Source: Eledone cirrhosa
Taxonomy: Eukaryota
Length of the DNA stretch: 64,000 nucleotides
Assembly: GCA_964016885.1 (NCBI GenBank)
Contig: OZ024756.1
Span: 39,184,001 to 39,248,000 of the forward strand
Reading direction: 5' to 3'
Shown here: positions 1-38,151 of the stretch, piece by piece
Layout: every line of letters begins with the position of its first letter
Position numbering within the stretch: the first letter of the stretch is position 1
Translations under genes and position numbers: made by a program
Notes under the pieces: generated by a model
Database searches by the model: none
Seen by the model: only the letters and a program-made list of their open reading frames with translations
What the model was told of the DNA's origin: nothing

Positions 1-373
1 CCCAAATCCCTAAGATCTTTCTCTTAGTGTTTTCCTTCCATTAACTCTGCAACATTCTCTCACCACTTTCTGTTCAAACCGGCCATAACTGGCTGCTCAT
101 ACTGATGTTAAGGTATTCTCAAAATAAATAATATCAAAATCTCATAGATTTGATATTATGTGAGGTTAAAGCCTTTACCATGAAAATATATTAGTATATA
201 TAGAGTAATCATCATCATCGTGTCTCCTACACGGCCACCGTACAGTAATGTAAATGCTAAAGTGTTAAATGATTGGTGATGAGATTGTGGAAAAAGACAG
301 TCTCACCACCACTGCCATCATCACCACCACCATTGTCATTTCCTTATGATTTTTTATATTTTCTTTGAACCAG

Positions 374-24809
<24,436 letters not shown>

Positions 24810-25383
24810 AATTTAAAAAAAAAAAGTAGTGGTGTATATATTTTTTTTTTTATTTTTTTTACTATTATTGGTTGCGGTGGCGGTGGGAGGCAGGCTTTGT
24901 TGGTGGTGAGTGAATGGCTTACTGTACTATGTACTAGTACTAGTTAGTACTACATGTTACTAATATTACTTTGTACTAGTGTTACCACTCAGTGACAGAG
25001 TATTGTGTACTACTCAACTATTGGAGGAGTTGTTACCATCTACATCATCATCATCATCACCATTTCAACTGTAACCACCACCACCACAACTACCACCACT
25101 ACTACTACTATTACAATAACTATAAATACCACTACCACAAGTACAATAACTATCACTAAAAAAATATTAACATCACTACTACAACTACAACTACTACTAC
25201 TATTAATGATGCTACTAATAAAGTCCTACTGTGCAGGACATCTCCCCAACCCTAACCCATTTCTCTCACTCTGTCCTTCCTAATGTATCAAAAGAACTGT
25301 CATCAGACATACATTTTTCCATATACTATGTTTATCATGGCATTACACACACATGCACACACAGGCACACAACATCCCTTCCC

Positions 25384-25414
<31 letters not shown>

Positions 25415-25494
25415 CACATACACAGACAGACATCACTATGTTTATCATGGCATTACATACACACATACATAAACACACACAACACTCTTCCTTC

Positions 25495-25533
<39 letters not shown>

Positions 25534-25760
25534 GACAGACATATACTGTTTATCATGGCATTACACACGCAGATACATACATAAACACATCTACATCATC
25601 CTTTCCCCATATTTACACACACACACATATATATATGTATACATATATAAGCATCTATAACTTTCTTTCCTCATATACATACATACACATACATATATAT
25701 ATACATATACTATGTTTATCATAGTATTACTCAGACATGCAACTATAACTTCCCTTCTCC

Positions 25761-25791
<31 letters not shown>

Positions 25792-25828
25792 CACACGCAT
25801 ACACATACCTACAACATCCCTTCCTCCT

Positions 25829-25868
<40 letters not shown>

Positions 25869-26290
25869 GCTAGCTAACAACTGGTCCTTATTTTCTGACC
25901 CTTTCAAATGTTGAAATGTTGCAACAAAGGAAGCAAGACAGAATGGGAGCTAACTAACTAACAAACAAACAAACAAACAAACAAACAAAACAAGAAATAA
26001 AAAACAACCAACAGAAAACAAAAATATTATAAATAAATAAAATAAAATGATTTAAATTACTGTAGTTATTGGAGCATCTTATATGTATGTTGTCTGTATA
26101 TATACATATGTATATATATATATATATATATACATATGTATATATATATATATGTTGGCTAGATATATATATGTATATGTATGTTGGCTAGATATATATA
26201 TATAGTCTATATATATATATATATATGTGTAGTCTATATATATGTATGTTGTCTCTTCATATGTGTTATTTGTGTGTGTTCATATATATA

Positions 26291-28056
26291 TCATCATCGT
26301 TTAATGTCCATCTTCCACGCTTGCATGGGTTTGGACGGGAGTTTTCCCACTTGAGGCAAGATTGGTTGTCCTGCTCGTATAGGACTGTCTGGCGGGTTTT
26401 CTACGGCTGGATGTCCTTCCTAACACCAACCACGTTTACAGTGTGGACTGGGAGGTTTTTACCGCGTTACCTACACGGCCACATTACAGCGTGGACTGTG
26501 TGTTTTTTTTTCGTGAAACCTACATGACCTCATTTGTTTTGGACTGGATGTTGTTGTACCAACATAACATTACATCGAAAGGGGTGGGGGTGGTGGGACG
26601 GGGGTGTATTTTTGTTAGGGGTGCCTACTGACTAGGTTTCGCTTTGTACTTAGGCAAGGCGGGTCTTCTGTATAACTGTGTAGCGCCAAAGATCTCGGTC
26701 CAGTGACATTGTCTTGGAGAGGTGTAAGTGTGTGAGGTCGGAATTTATCAAGTCGTCCCAGGTCTTTCTGGGTCTGCCTACTCTGTGGCTACCATCTATT
26801 TTTATCGCCCTGCTCTTTTTTATACATCTGTCGTCTTTAATGCGCATCACGTGACCATACCAATGTAGTCTTCTCTTGAGTAAACAACATCTGATTCCTC
26901 TTATTCCTAATTTCTCCCTTAGTTCGTTTATGCCTTGCCGTTCACGTATATTACTATTACACATCCAGCGGAGCATGCAAGCTTCGTTCCTCTCCAGTCT
27001 GCATGTATCCTCTGCACACAATGCCCAGGTCTCACTGCCATGTAACATTGCTGTTAGTATGCAGGCATCATACAGCCTACCTTTCATTTTTAGAGAGAAC
27101 CCTTTAGCGGCCAATAGTGGTATAAACTCTGAACTTTTTCCATCTCGTTCTGACTCTAGCTACTGTACTATCAGAGCACCCTCCCCCACTGCTGATTTTG
27201 TCACCAGAGGAAGGTGTCCACTATTTCTATAGAACCATCTGTGCAATGGAATGAGCTAGTATTCTGTGGGCACTTGCTGCTACTTATTGCACCTGAGCAC
27301 CGGCCACATATAAAATCTATATTCTTAGTTAGCTTACCTGTGATCCCACTACATCTTTTATGTACCCATACTTTGCATTTGGGACATAAAATGGAGTTTC
27401 TGCCTACTCCTTTCCTACACACTGAGCATTTCCCAGATGGGACCCGTGCCCTATTTTCCTTCCTACAAACTAGAACTTTAGTCTTAGACAAGTTAATTTT
27501 AAGGCCTTTTGATTCTAGGCCATGCTTTCATGTTTGGAATTTCGTCTCTAGTTCAGCCATTGATTCAGCTATGAGCGTTAGATCATCTGTGTATAGAAGT
27601 TCTCATGGGCAGCTGGTCTTGAACTCCTCTGTTATAACCTGAAGGGCAATAATAAATAGTAAGGGGCTAAGGACGGAGTCCTGATGAACACCAACTTTTA
27701 CGCCAAACTCTTCACTATATTCGTTGTTAATTCTAACCTTGCTGACTGTTTCTTTATACATGGCTTGTATAGCTCTCACAAGCCATTCATCAACACCTAG
27801 TTTTCTAAGGGCCCACCAGATAATCGAGCGGGGTACTCTGTCAAATGCTTTCTCCAAGTCAACAAAAGCTAAGTATAGGGGTTTACTTTTAGCGAGGTAC
27901 TTCTCCTGTAGTTGTCGTACAATGAAAAGAGCGTCTGTGGTACTTTTACCTGACACAAACCCAAACTGCATTTCATCTAGATCAATTCGCTCTCTGATTA
28001 GTTGCGCTATTACTTTTTCTGTGACCTTCATGACCTGGTCAATTAATTTAATGCCT

Positions 28057-28057
<1 letters not shown>
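26291..28057 (-). mobile_element. 5'-truncated, degenerate RTE-clade LINE (RT + Cys-rich PHD-like finger + C-terminus + 3' UTR with (GAT)n tail)
   Basis: QFGF...STTDA, AFVDLEKAFDRVP, GVHQDSVLSPLLF, LLYTDDL; CSVC..CPKC..HKRC..CGRC; WYGHVMR, GRPRKTW; in-frame stop and frameshifts. Confidence 0.95.
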
Positions 28058-28108
<51 letters not shown>

Positions 28109-28699
28109 ATTATATATATGTATGTTTTCTCTCTATATATATATATGTGTTGTGTGTTGGTTGTGTGTGTGTTCATACAAATATGTATATATGTATTGGT
28201 TTTCTCTATTGTGTGTGTGCTAATGTTGTTATCTGTGTATGCTAATGTTATCTGTGTGTGTTCCTATAAATATGTGTATGTGTGTGTGTATGTGTCCATA
28301 TTTATGTCTGTGTATGTGTGAGTGTGTATGTGTCCATATTTATGTCTGTGTGTATGTGTCCATATTTATGTCTGTGTATGTGTGAGTGTGTATGTGTCCA
28401 TATGTGTGTGTATGTGAGAGAATGAGTGCAAAGGAGTTTTTATTTGCTAGAAATATTTCTAGAAATTGGATTAAAGTTGTGACTAATGGAACCTAGTAAG
28501 ATTGGTTGGTCTCTGAAGGTTAGTAATCCACCAATAAAGCAAGCTCTAGTGGGATTATCATTCATAGAAATGAAAATACTAAATCATTCACAACAGTATT
28601 ATATATTTGTATCATCATCATCATCATCATATAAAATATATGGCGCCTGTGTTGGGAGAAGCTTTGTGAATGTTCTAAATTTTACTGTGGGTGTGTCAG

Positions 28700-28743
<44 letters not shown>

Positions 28744-28749
28744 GTGTGT

Positions 28750-28988
28750 GTGTTAGGTAATTCGGAAGGAAAAAAAGAGTGCTCTATGTATAGAACAGAG
28801 CTATTTAATTAGAAAGTGAACAACACAAAATATAATTACTCCATTACCAAAGGTTTCTGGATCCTAGACAATATTGTCATACATCTAGACTGGTCATCAG
28901 ATAGATGTTATGGATAAAAAATATGAAATGGAACCAGAAACCTTTGGTAATGGAGTAGTTATATTTTGTGTTGTTCACTTTCTAATTA
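28750..28988 (-). mobile_element. Penelope-like fold-back element (55-bp arms 28806-28860/28934-28988 + tail)
   Basis: Hammerhead core in the spacer; tail nearly the same as at 58845-58872. Confidence 0.65.
28840..28905 (-). ncRNA. Type I hammerhead motif with degenerate stem II
   Basis: TCTAT-CTGATGA-C...A-GAAA-CC-TTT-GG-TA-ATGGA on the minus strand. Confidence 0.55.
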
Positions 28989-29833
28989 TATATTATGATG
29001 TTTGCGTATATACTGTAATTAAATATAAAACTAGATTTGTTGAAAGTTATAGCGAAGATTAATTTTGGGAGGCAAAAAATTAAATGAATTTTCTGTTTTG
29101 GTCTTGTAAAAAAAAATACTTCAAAAATGGTATTTTCTTTTTTTATTTTAATTTTAAATCTAAATCTGTTTTTGAAATTATGAAACTTCCTTTTTCTTTT
29201 ATAAACTAAGTTTTTGTCAGTCTCAGCCTCTAACAATTAGCTCTTGAACCAACAAGTCTCCCAGCTAAACTTTATATGTAAGATATATTGGATTATATTT
29301 TAACCAGCTGTATCCAGCCAGAATTCTCTCATTTTTATCTGTTCAAACTTTAACCGGTCGCTCATACTTATGTTAAGATATGGTTTGCCAAAAAAATATC
29401 AAAATCTCATGGATTTGACAGTTTGAAATAAAGTGTTTACTGTGAAAATACAATAGTAAATATAGAGTAATGTAGATGCTAAACGGTTAACAGTGTAAAC
29501 ATAATTTCTTTCCCTCCACCAATCTCACCCCAAAAGAGGTAATGGATGCTACCCATCACTAGCTGAAGAGATAAAGCAAAGGTTGAAGATAAAAGGTTTT
29601 ATTACAATAAATATTTTCAATATAAATAATAAAAAAATTAGCCAGAATTGTTGTCTTTATCATTGGAGAGAAATATGTGATTGTGGTATTGCCTAAAAGA
29701 TAACATGTTTCTTATTTAATTATTTTGTTGAGACTTGGGAGACGACGAAGGAACGCAGCGATTGGAGAGACAGTGCTGAAAAGGACCTGTCCAAACCATG
29801 GGAACGTGGGGGAAAAATATTTTATATATACAC

Positions 29834-29865
<32 letters not shown>

Positions 29866-30249
29866 AACGTTAAATTAATTCTTAAAATGATGCAATAGTT
29901 CTATTGTCTTGTTATTGCGGTTTTATATGGTGCAGGACGCTAAGAGATAAAGAGGATTTCTCCATTATATTAATATAGTCACTTGTCTTGAACTAATTTA
30001 CGGTTGCGAAGTTCAAAGCAACCATTTATTAACGAAAGATTAATATGTATTTGAAATATTTAAATCAATCTAGCTTTTGCACGTCGAGATGCGTTGGCAG
30101 TTATCTCCCCTACTTACAAGTTGCGTACCTTGTTTTAATAATTGTAGAAATACAATCAGTTTGTGATAAGCGTTGGATAACGTTATAAAGTATCTTTACA
30201 CTTATATTGTATACACTGTCGGCCATCTTTATCACAAAAAGAAAATAAC

Positions 30250-31190
30250 GATTTCTAATATAGGCACAAGGCCAGCAATTTTTTTTTTGGTAGGAGGCAA
30301 TTAAAACGACTCAGTGCATTACTGGTACTTTATTTTATCAACTCTCATCGGCATTGCGTTTGTGTTTCGTTATTGTTATTTTGCAAATGGCATGATCTGT
30401 TGAAAGTGAAATAATTGTTTCTACTTTTGGAACAAGGCCAGCGATTACCTCAGTACATTACTGGTACTTTATTTTATCGACTCCGAAAGGATGAAAGGCA
30501 AAGTAAACCTCTGCGAGATATGAACTCAGAACGTAAAGGGCCATAACTCTATGCCACCAAGCATGGTGTTCGACGCTCTCCCGATACTGCCAATCCATCG
30601 CCTTTTGAAAATGAAATAATGATTTCTAGTAGAGGCTCTTGGCCAGTAATTTGGGGGGAGGGGAAAGTCGATTACATCGACCCAGTACGTGAGTTACTTT
30701 ATCGACCCCGTCAGGATGAAAGGCAAAGTTAACCTTGGCGAGATATGAACTCAGACCGTAAAGGACCATAACTCTGCTGCAAAGAATGGCGCCAGACCCT
30801 CTACCGATACTGCCAATCCACCGCTCTTTGAAAGTGAAATTAGTTTCTACTTTTGGCACAAGGCCAGCAATTATTCCAGTGTATTACTGGTACTTTATTT
30901 TATCGACCCCGTAAGGATGAAAGGCAAAGTTAACCTCGGCGGGATTTGAACTCAGAACGTAAAGAGCCATAACTCTATCCTGCAAAGCATGGCGTCAGAC
31001 CCTCTACCGATACTACCAATCTACCACCCAGGCACAAGGCTAACACAATTTCGGGGAGGGTACAGAGAAAGTCGATTAAATCGAGCCCAGTGTATTACTG
31101 GTACTTTATTTTACCGACCCCATAAGGATGAACGGCAAAGTTAACCTCGACGGGATATGAACTCAGCCATAACTTTATGCTGCAAAGTGA
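30250..31190 (-). mobile_element. Array of ~5 tRNA-derived SINEs (Meta-domain-like, octopus OK-like)
   Basis: GGCAGTATCGGTAGAG A box, GAGTTCAAATCC B box, GCCTTTCATCCTTACGGGGTCGATAAAA core. Confidence 0.82.
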
Positions 31191-31482
31191 AATAACAACA
31201 TCGTGGAAGAGTCATTTTAGTCATTAGATTTACACACAAAGCTGATATTTTAAATTTTCATTTAATTTGTCAGCACGCTCTTCTCAATAATTATATTTTC
31301 GACTATTTCAAAGTCTGTTTTTAAAGCTTTGTCAAGCTATATCGTAATTTTATTTTATTAATTTTTACTTCTGTTCATCAGGCCTTTTTAATATTTCTCG
31401 TTGCGTGTTAGCGAGATTTTAGTTTTGTAGAATACAGTCTGCAGCCGAACAAACTTCAGTTTTGTGTAGATGTAATATTAGA

Positions 31483-31519
<37 letters not shown>

Positions 31520-32028
31520 CTCTCCCCTCTTTCTTTTATTCATACCCCCCACCCCTCTCTGTCTTTTATATCTCCCCCGTCTCTCTCTCTCATATCTTTT
31601 CCCCTCTTATTCATATTTCCTCTTTCTTTTATATATCTCCCCTCTCTCTTTCTTTTATTTATATCGCTCCCTCTCTTTTATTAATATCCGCCCCCTTTCT
31701 CTCGCCTTGTTCCCGTATATTCCCCCCTCTCCCTCGTTACTTTCCTTTGCCCTCTCTTTTGCTTCTTTGCTCTCTTCTCTCTTCCCCTCTCTTACTTTGT
31801 TGTTTCGTTCTCTCACACACTCTCTCTTATATATATATATATATAGATATAGTAATAATAAATGTGAAGACTAAAAGCCAAAGAGGGCTCGATAAGGATA
31901 GATATATATCAAATATATAAGAACCCAAGAGCAAATATTTAGTATTTAAATATATATAGCTCTGTAACATACATAGAGCACTCTTCACTCCTATGACTTT
32001 TTCAATTTTCAACGGAAACTTCAATACT

Positions 32029-32086
<58 letters not shown>

Positions 32087-34184
32087 TGTGTGTATAAATC
32101 GTTTGTATTTCCACTCTGTAAGTATTATATTATATTTTTATACAACTGTGAAGAAAAGATGTTGATTTTAACGAAGTGCTATACTTTTATCTAAAAATAT
32201 TACTTAACCCTTTCTGAACCAGAAAGGGTTAAGTAATCATATTAGTGGCCTTCCCACAGCCCCGGCGGACAGAATGGAGAAGGCGTTTTCCCTGAGGATG
32301 GTAGACGCGCTGGAAGAGCCATTCCAACTCGCGAGGCTCCCACCTGCGGCTGGCCAGCTCAGCGCCTATGGTGGTGAGTAGGGATGAGTTCTAACTTTCA
32401 AAAGAAGCGATCCAAGGTTTTTTTCATACACTGTACGACTCACGATATATCATAATCCATTTTATATACCTAAACATTCTTATAGATGTGAATCTCATTA
32501 AAATTCAGATCCACATTTAATTTCGTTTGCTATAATTCTTCGTTAATCAGAGACATTCAGAAGTCTTAGATGTGTTGTGTTATATACATACGTTTTGCCT
32601 GGTTTTAGGAGATTATTAATGTATATATTTCTTCACCTTTAGGAAGCTTTCTTGTCAAAAATAGAACACCTTTTAATTATTCTGTTTCTTTTATTTTAAT
32701 TGTGCATTGATCCTTAGATCTGGTTCTGGTTTTACGTTCTGAGTTCAAATCCAGGCGTAGTCAACGTTGCTTTTTATATTTTCAGAGTCAATAAAATACA
32801 CACCCAGTGAAGGTGCATGGCTTAGTGGTTAGAGCATTGGGCAATCGAAAGGTTGTGAGTTCAATTCTCGGATCGAGTGATGTGTTGTTTCCTTGAGCAA
32901 GACACTTTATTTCACGTTGCTCCAGTTTACTCAGCTGTAGAAATGAGATGATAGGACTGGGGTCCCTATCATTAAATTACCCAAGACACCTCCAACGAGA
33001 TATACCTTGGAGGAGGCCAGCTAGACCTGCAGAGGTGTGAGCTGTAACAACAACAACAACTACCAGTAAAGTCCTCCACAATTCGCTCGTCTTGTATCTA
33101 AATTAGAAATCATTATCTAACTCTGAGAAGGGCGAAGGATTTATCTGCTCGGCCCTTTATGTCCTGAGTTCAAATCCCGCCGAGGTTACCTTTGGCTTTC
33201 ATCCTTACGGGGTCGATAAAATAAAACAACAGTAATGCACTGGGGTCGATTTAATCGACTTTCCCCTCCCCGTTGAATTTGCTGGCCTTGTGCCTTTATC
33301 AGAAACAATTATTTAACTCTGAATCAATATATTTATTGTATCGGTATTGGTTATAGTAGTGTTGAAAATATATTTAAGGTGGGAGGGGAGAACAAAATGT
33401 TATAGAAGTTGTGACTGACAGCAGGGAAGGGGAAAGTCGATTAAATTGACCTAGTGTATTACTGGTACTTTATTTTATCGACCCTGTAAGGATTAAAGGC
33501 AAAGCTAACCTCGGCGGGATTTGAACTCAGAACGTAAAGAGCGTAACTCTATGCCACAAAGCATGGTGTTTGACGCTCTACCGATACTGCCAAAGCATGG
33601 TCCTTATGTTAGCAGTGATAATGCTTGTGGGAGATATCATCTTGGTTGCCGTTTGGTTCTTCTCTCTACGTTAAGAAATATGTTCCATTAGAAAAATTAC
33701 ATTACCCAATATCAATATATTTTCTCAACCGCCATCACCTTCAATGTGTTTATCTTAATACATTCTTTCAAAATCTACAACGAATTTCCTTAAAAGAATT
33801 AGTAAGTAAGTTTCTGGCATTTAGCTAAGTGTGACATTTTAAAATTTACGCAGTCGAACTTTAAAACATTGAAAATATAACAAATTACAATAATCTATTA
33901 CAGAGGCATATTAAGTATTGCTGAATTTCATATTCTTCTATAATATTGCCATATGATATTTACGAAATGTATATCATCTACTTCTTTAAGTATTTATAAA
34001 TCTATATTTCTCTTGTCTCGTTTGTTTTATCTTTCTTCTTTATTAATTCCTCTTCGTTCAAGGCTGACAGCACATTTTTCTAACCTGAATCACATAAACA
34101 TTATTTCCAAGTAACTCAATGTAAAACTTGTGGCAGTGTTTCTCGTTTATCAAATGCAGGGTAAGCGTGAGTCTATCCATACAC

Positions 34185-34366
34185 CAGACCTGTCAACTCT
34201 CCCAGTTACGGGGAGATCTCCCACCCATTTTGGGGTGGGTGAGAGATGTCTTCTCTTGTGAAAATGAGTATAGCTTTCATTATATAAAATCTCCCCATTT
34301 TGCCTCATTTCTCCCTGTATTTTTCATGGTACTCCCCGTTTGGATTTTTAGAGGTTGGCAGGTCTG
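34185..34366. mobile_element. MITE-like DNA transposon remnant
   Basis: TIR CAGACCTGTCAAC / GTTGGCAGGTCTG (1 mismatch); no clear TSD. Confidence 0.55.
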
Positions 34367-34464
34367 TTTATGTTAGGCATTGTTTTACTCCCAGTCATCC
34401 AATTCAGAATACCCCAGAATACCCCAGAGTCATACATTTAATAAATTAGTCAGCATCTACCTAG

Positions 34465-34760
34465 ATGTTTCAACATCCTTCAGCCAGAACCACAGCAGGC
34501 TATCTAGTCCTAGTGCCTTCCAAATTAAATAGTTCCATGCCCTGTTTTGCTATAATTATTATATCTACCTGTTGTATTATTCCTCTTAATTCCTTTTCTA
34601 TTTCTTCAATCCACTCTAACTCCACAAACTATCTGCATCTCTTTGCGATTGGTGCTTCTGGTGTTGTTTTAACCACATCCCCCCAATTTCTCAAGCAGCC
34701 TCTTCTGGTTATATGAGAATCAATCTATTCTCCTGGATCTCACCCATAACGTTTGGCTTG
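34465..34760 (-). mobile_element. Highly degenerate R4/Dong-like LINE fragment
   Basis: Across frameshifts: YNQKRLLEKLG, EWIEEIEKELRGIIQQVDI, WKALGLDSLLWFWLK (cf. NWKAPGPDGIQGFWLK). Confidence 0.45.
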
Positions 34761-35486
34761 TTAATTTCATAGTAAAAAGTGTTAAGATGCAAAGAAATTA
34801 CACCACGAAATGTTTTGCATAATTTCTCTTTGTGAATCTCGGAATACAATAATTTCTGATGAACAGAAATTAATTAATGCGGAAATATAATGGTTTCTAA
34901 TTTAGACACAAAGCCAAAACTTTTGAGGGGGAGGGGAAAATCGATTAAATTGACTACAGTGCGGTACTGGTACTTTACTTTATCGATTCTGTAAGGATGA
35001 AGCTAATCTCGACAATATTTGAACTCAACGTAAAGGAACGTAACTTTATGCCACAAAGCACGCTGTCCGATGCTTTACTGATACTGGCAACCCACCGCCC
35101 TTGGATGCTGAAATATATAATAATAATTATTAATATAGTTCTCTACTTTCGTTAAACATATTGCTTTAAATAGAGAAGAATTAACATCAATGAAAACCTG
35201 AAATACATGATCGGAACACACGTTGCAATTTGAATAGAAGATTTGAAAATTTATGAAAATGTGGGAAGTAAGGAAATAAAACAACAGCAACAAGATCAAA
35301 GATATTGGAAGCGTAAAAACATAAAATTCTGAACAACAAAATCACTGGGGGTTCATTGAATCTTCTTTTAAGATGCAATATTCTTTAAGTTGGCGGGCAT
35401 AAACTTAGTAACTCCAATATTTCGGGTCAAAATTATATGAAAATATAATTGATATCTATTTATTTTCAAAATCAATATGTCTTGTT

Positions 35487-35517
<31 letters not shown>

Positions 35518-35639
35518 ACGCACACGCACACACACACACACATTCTGTTCTTCTCTGTTTTTATATTGCGGCAATTTTTTAAGTGCCTTGTAAAAATTAA
35601 TTATTTGTGTTCATTAATAATTCTCAATCAGTTCACTTA

Positions 35640-35641
35640 CA

Positions 35642-35699
<58 letters not shown>

Positions 35700-36410
35700 A
35701 CAGACACACAGACACACAAATACACACACACACATACAGACACAGACATACAAACACACACATACAGACACAAACATACACACACAAATACATACAGACA
35801 CAGACACACAGACAAATACACACACACATACAGACACACAGACACACACAAATACACACACACATACAGACACAGACATACAAACACACACATACAGACA
35901 CAAACATACACACACATACAAATACACAATTACACACACATACAGACACAGACATACAAAAAAAAAATCATTTTGATCTTCTGTAAAAGAATTTAATGAG
36001 AAATATTAATATTAATATTATTGCTGCTGTTGTTGCTGTTGTTATCCTCATCACCACCACCATCATCACCACCATCATCACCACCACCACCACCATCACC
36101 ATCACCACCATCATCATCACCACCACCATCACCATCACCACCACCATCACCATCACCATCATCACCACCACCACCACCATCACCATCACCACCATCATCA
36201 TCACCACCACCATCACCATCACCACCACCATCACCATCATCATCACCATCACCACCACCACCATCACCACCACCATCACCATCACCATCACCATCATCAC
36301 CACCACCACCATCATCACCATCACCATCACCATCACCATCACCATCACCATCACCATCATCACCACCATCACCATCATCACCACCATCACCATCATCACC
36401 ATCATCAATA
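35640..36410. repeat. (CA)-rich repeat followed by a (CAC/CAT)n tract (36048-36407)
   Basis: Directly visible. Confidence 0.9.
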
Positions 36411-38115
36411 TTCATGACTGTTGTTGTCCGTATTTTCTTCTTCTCTTTAAACATCATGTTTCACAAACATCCGAACAGAAGATGTTTTAATCATGCTATG
36501 AACAAACAACAACAACATCATCAACAACAAGAAGCAAACCAAACCAAACAGCCCCCCCCCCCATATTTTTTTGTTGTTCTGTTATCAAAAACTGCGCCTG
36601 AGAACTGAGAACCTTTGAACGTCCAAAGCTATAATTGAGGGTCAACGAAAAATGTGTCTTTAGATTTTATTATCATCTGGTTACTGGATTTTTACAAATA
36701 GTTATTTCCCAATATTTACACAAGCTGCAAATCACAGCCGCCGTAGAACTATCCCCAGGGGATAGTTCTACACAATGATAGTATCAGTAATGTAAATAAA
36801 CACCATCATTCTCCAAATTGTTTTCAAATGAAAAAAAAAAGATATCAAATATCAAATACATAGACAGAAGAATTACAAGATAAAAACATTTATACTTGTA
36901 CATGAGAAGACAGGAAATGGAATGGTGTTGGAATGAGTATTTTCAATGGGATGATTGTGCGACCAGAGATGATTACATAAAAAACAAACCCTCCCCTCCA
37001 CCACCACCTAAAAAATACGAAAATACGCCCCCCCCCCCCAAAAAAAAAAAAAACCCCAACGCGATTCCCTTATTTGCGAATGTTTTGGGTGAAAAGGTGC
37101 GACTCAACGTGAGATAGTTCAAGACAAAAGAAAAAGAATGGAAATACTTGTTCAAGGTGAATCTCTTAAGGAAATGACGAGGAAAGTGGAATGACATTGT
37201 ATAAAATCACCCCCCCCCCCAAAAAAAAACCGGTGATGTTTCCATGTGCCCTCGAAAGAAACGTTTGAGCAATTGTGCTCCATTCACCTCCCCACCAAAA
37301 AGACCCATAAAAACGAGCATTAAAAACCCCCCAAAACCGAAGGCAAAGCAAGGACACACGGTAGGGCTTTACCAGCTTACCTTCCAGCTGATGTTACAGT
37401 TAATGGATCTCAGGAACGTTGTAATTGGTATATGTAATAGTACACATTTCTGATATTGGCCATTTACAATATGTGGCCTCCTAAAATGTACCGGGATGTC
37501 CAGTACAGCGTAGTGGGCAAGTGGTTAGAATGTCTCAGGAAAGAATCGCTGGACAGACTTGTAGCTCAGAGATAAAAAAAAACGGTAGGAAATAAGAGAG
37601 GAAAAAATGAGGTGGGTGTGGTGGGAGTATATAGATAAATAGACAATGGGAGAAAATATTAAGAAGCATGTGCATATGTCAGGTGTGAAGGTGGGGAAGA
37701 ATGAATGGCTATACGTAAGGGAATAAACGACATTTAAAACATATATAAACAGTTGTAGCAATTGAAAGAGATTAACAAACTCTCACTCACCAAGGAACTG
37801 TTTAGAATGGTGAACAAAGAACGCAAGGTTATCCACACAGAATTGAATGTTGAAATACTCAACTTTGACCTTAGTACACAAGAACTAAGAAGTGAGTAAA
37901 TCCAACAAAATTCCTCTCATCCTATCCATCTATAGGAAAACAAAAAAGATATCTATAGGAAAACAGTCAGGACCCCGACGACTGAGCTCTGGCCGTTTCG
38001 ACAGCTAGATCCGGACTAAGCCAGCACTTACCCATTCTACTACCCTAAGTAACGAGTACTCTGGTGCGTTATGGTCCACCTGGTTTCTTACCATACTTTC
38101 TTTGTTATCCCTCCC

Positions 38116-38151
<36 letters not shown>

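Noticed and set aside
35968-36608. Extensin-like Pro/Ser or Gly/Asp ORFs
   Set aside because: Triplet repeat open in all frames.
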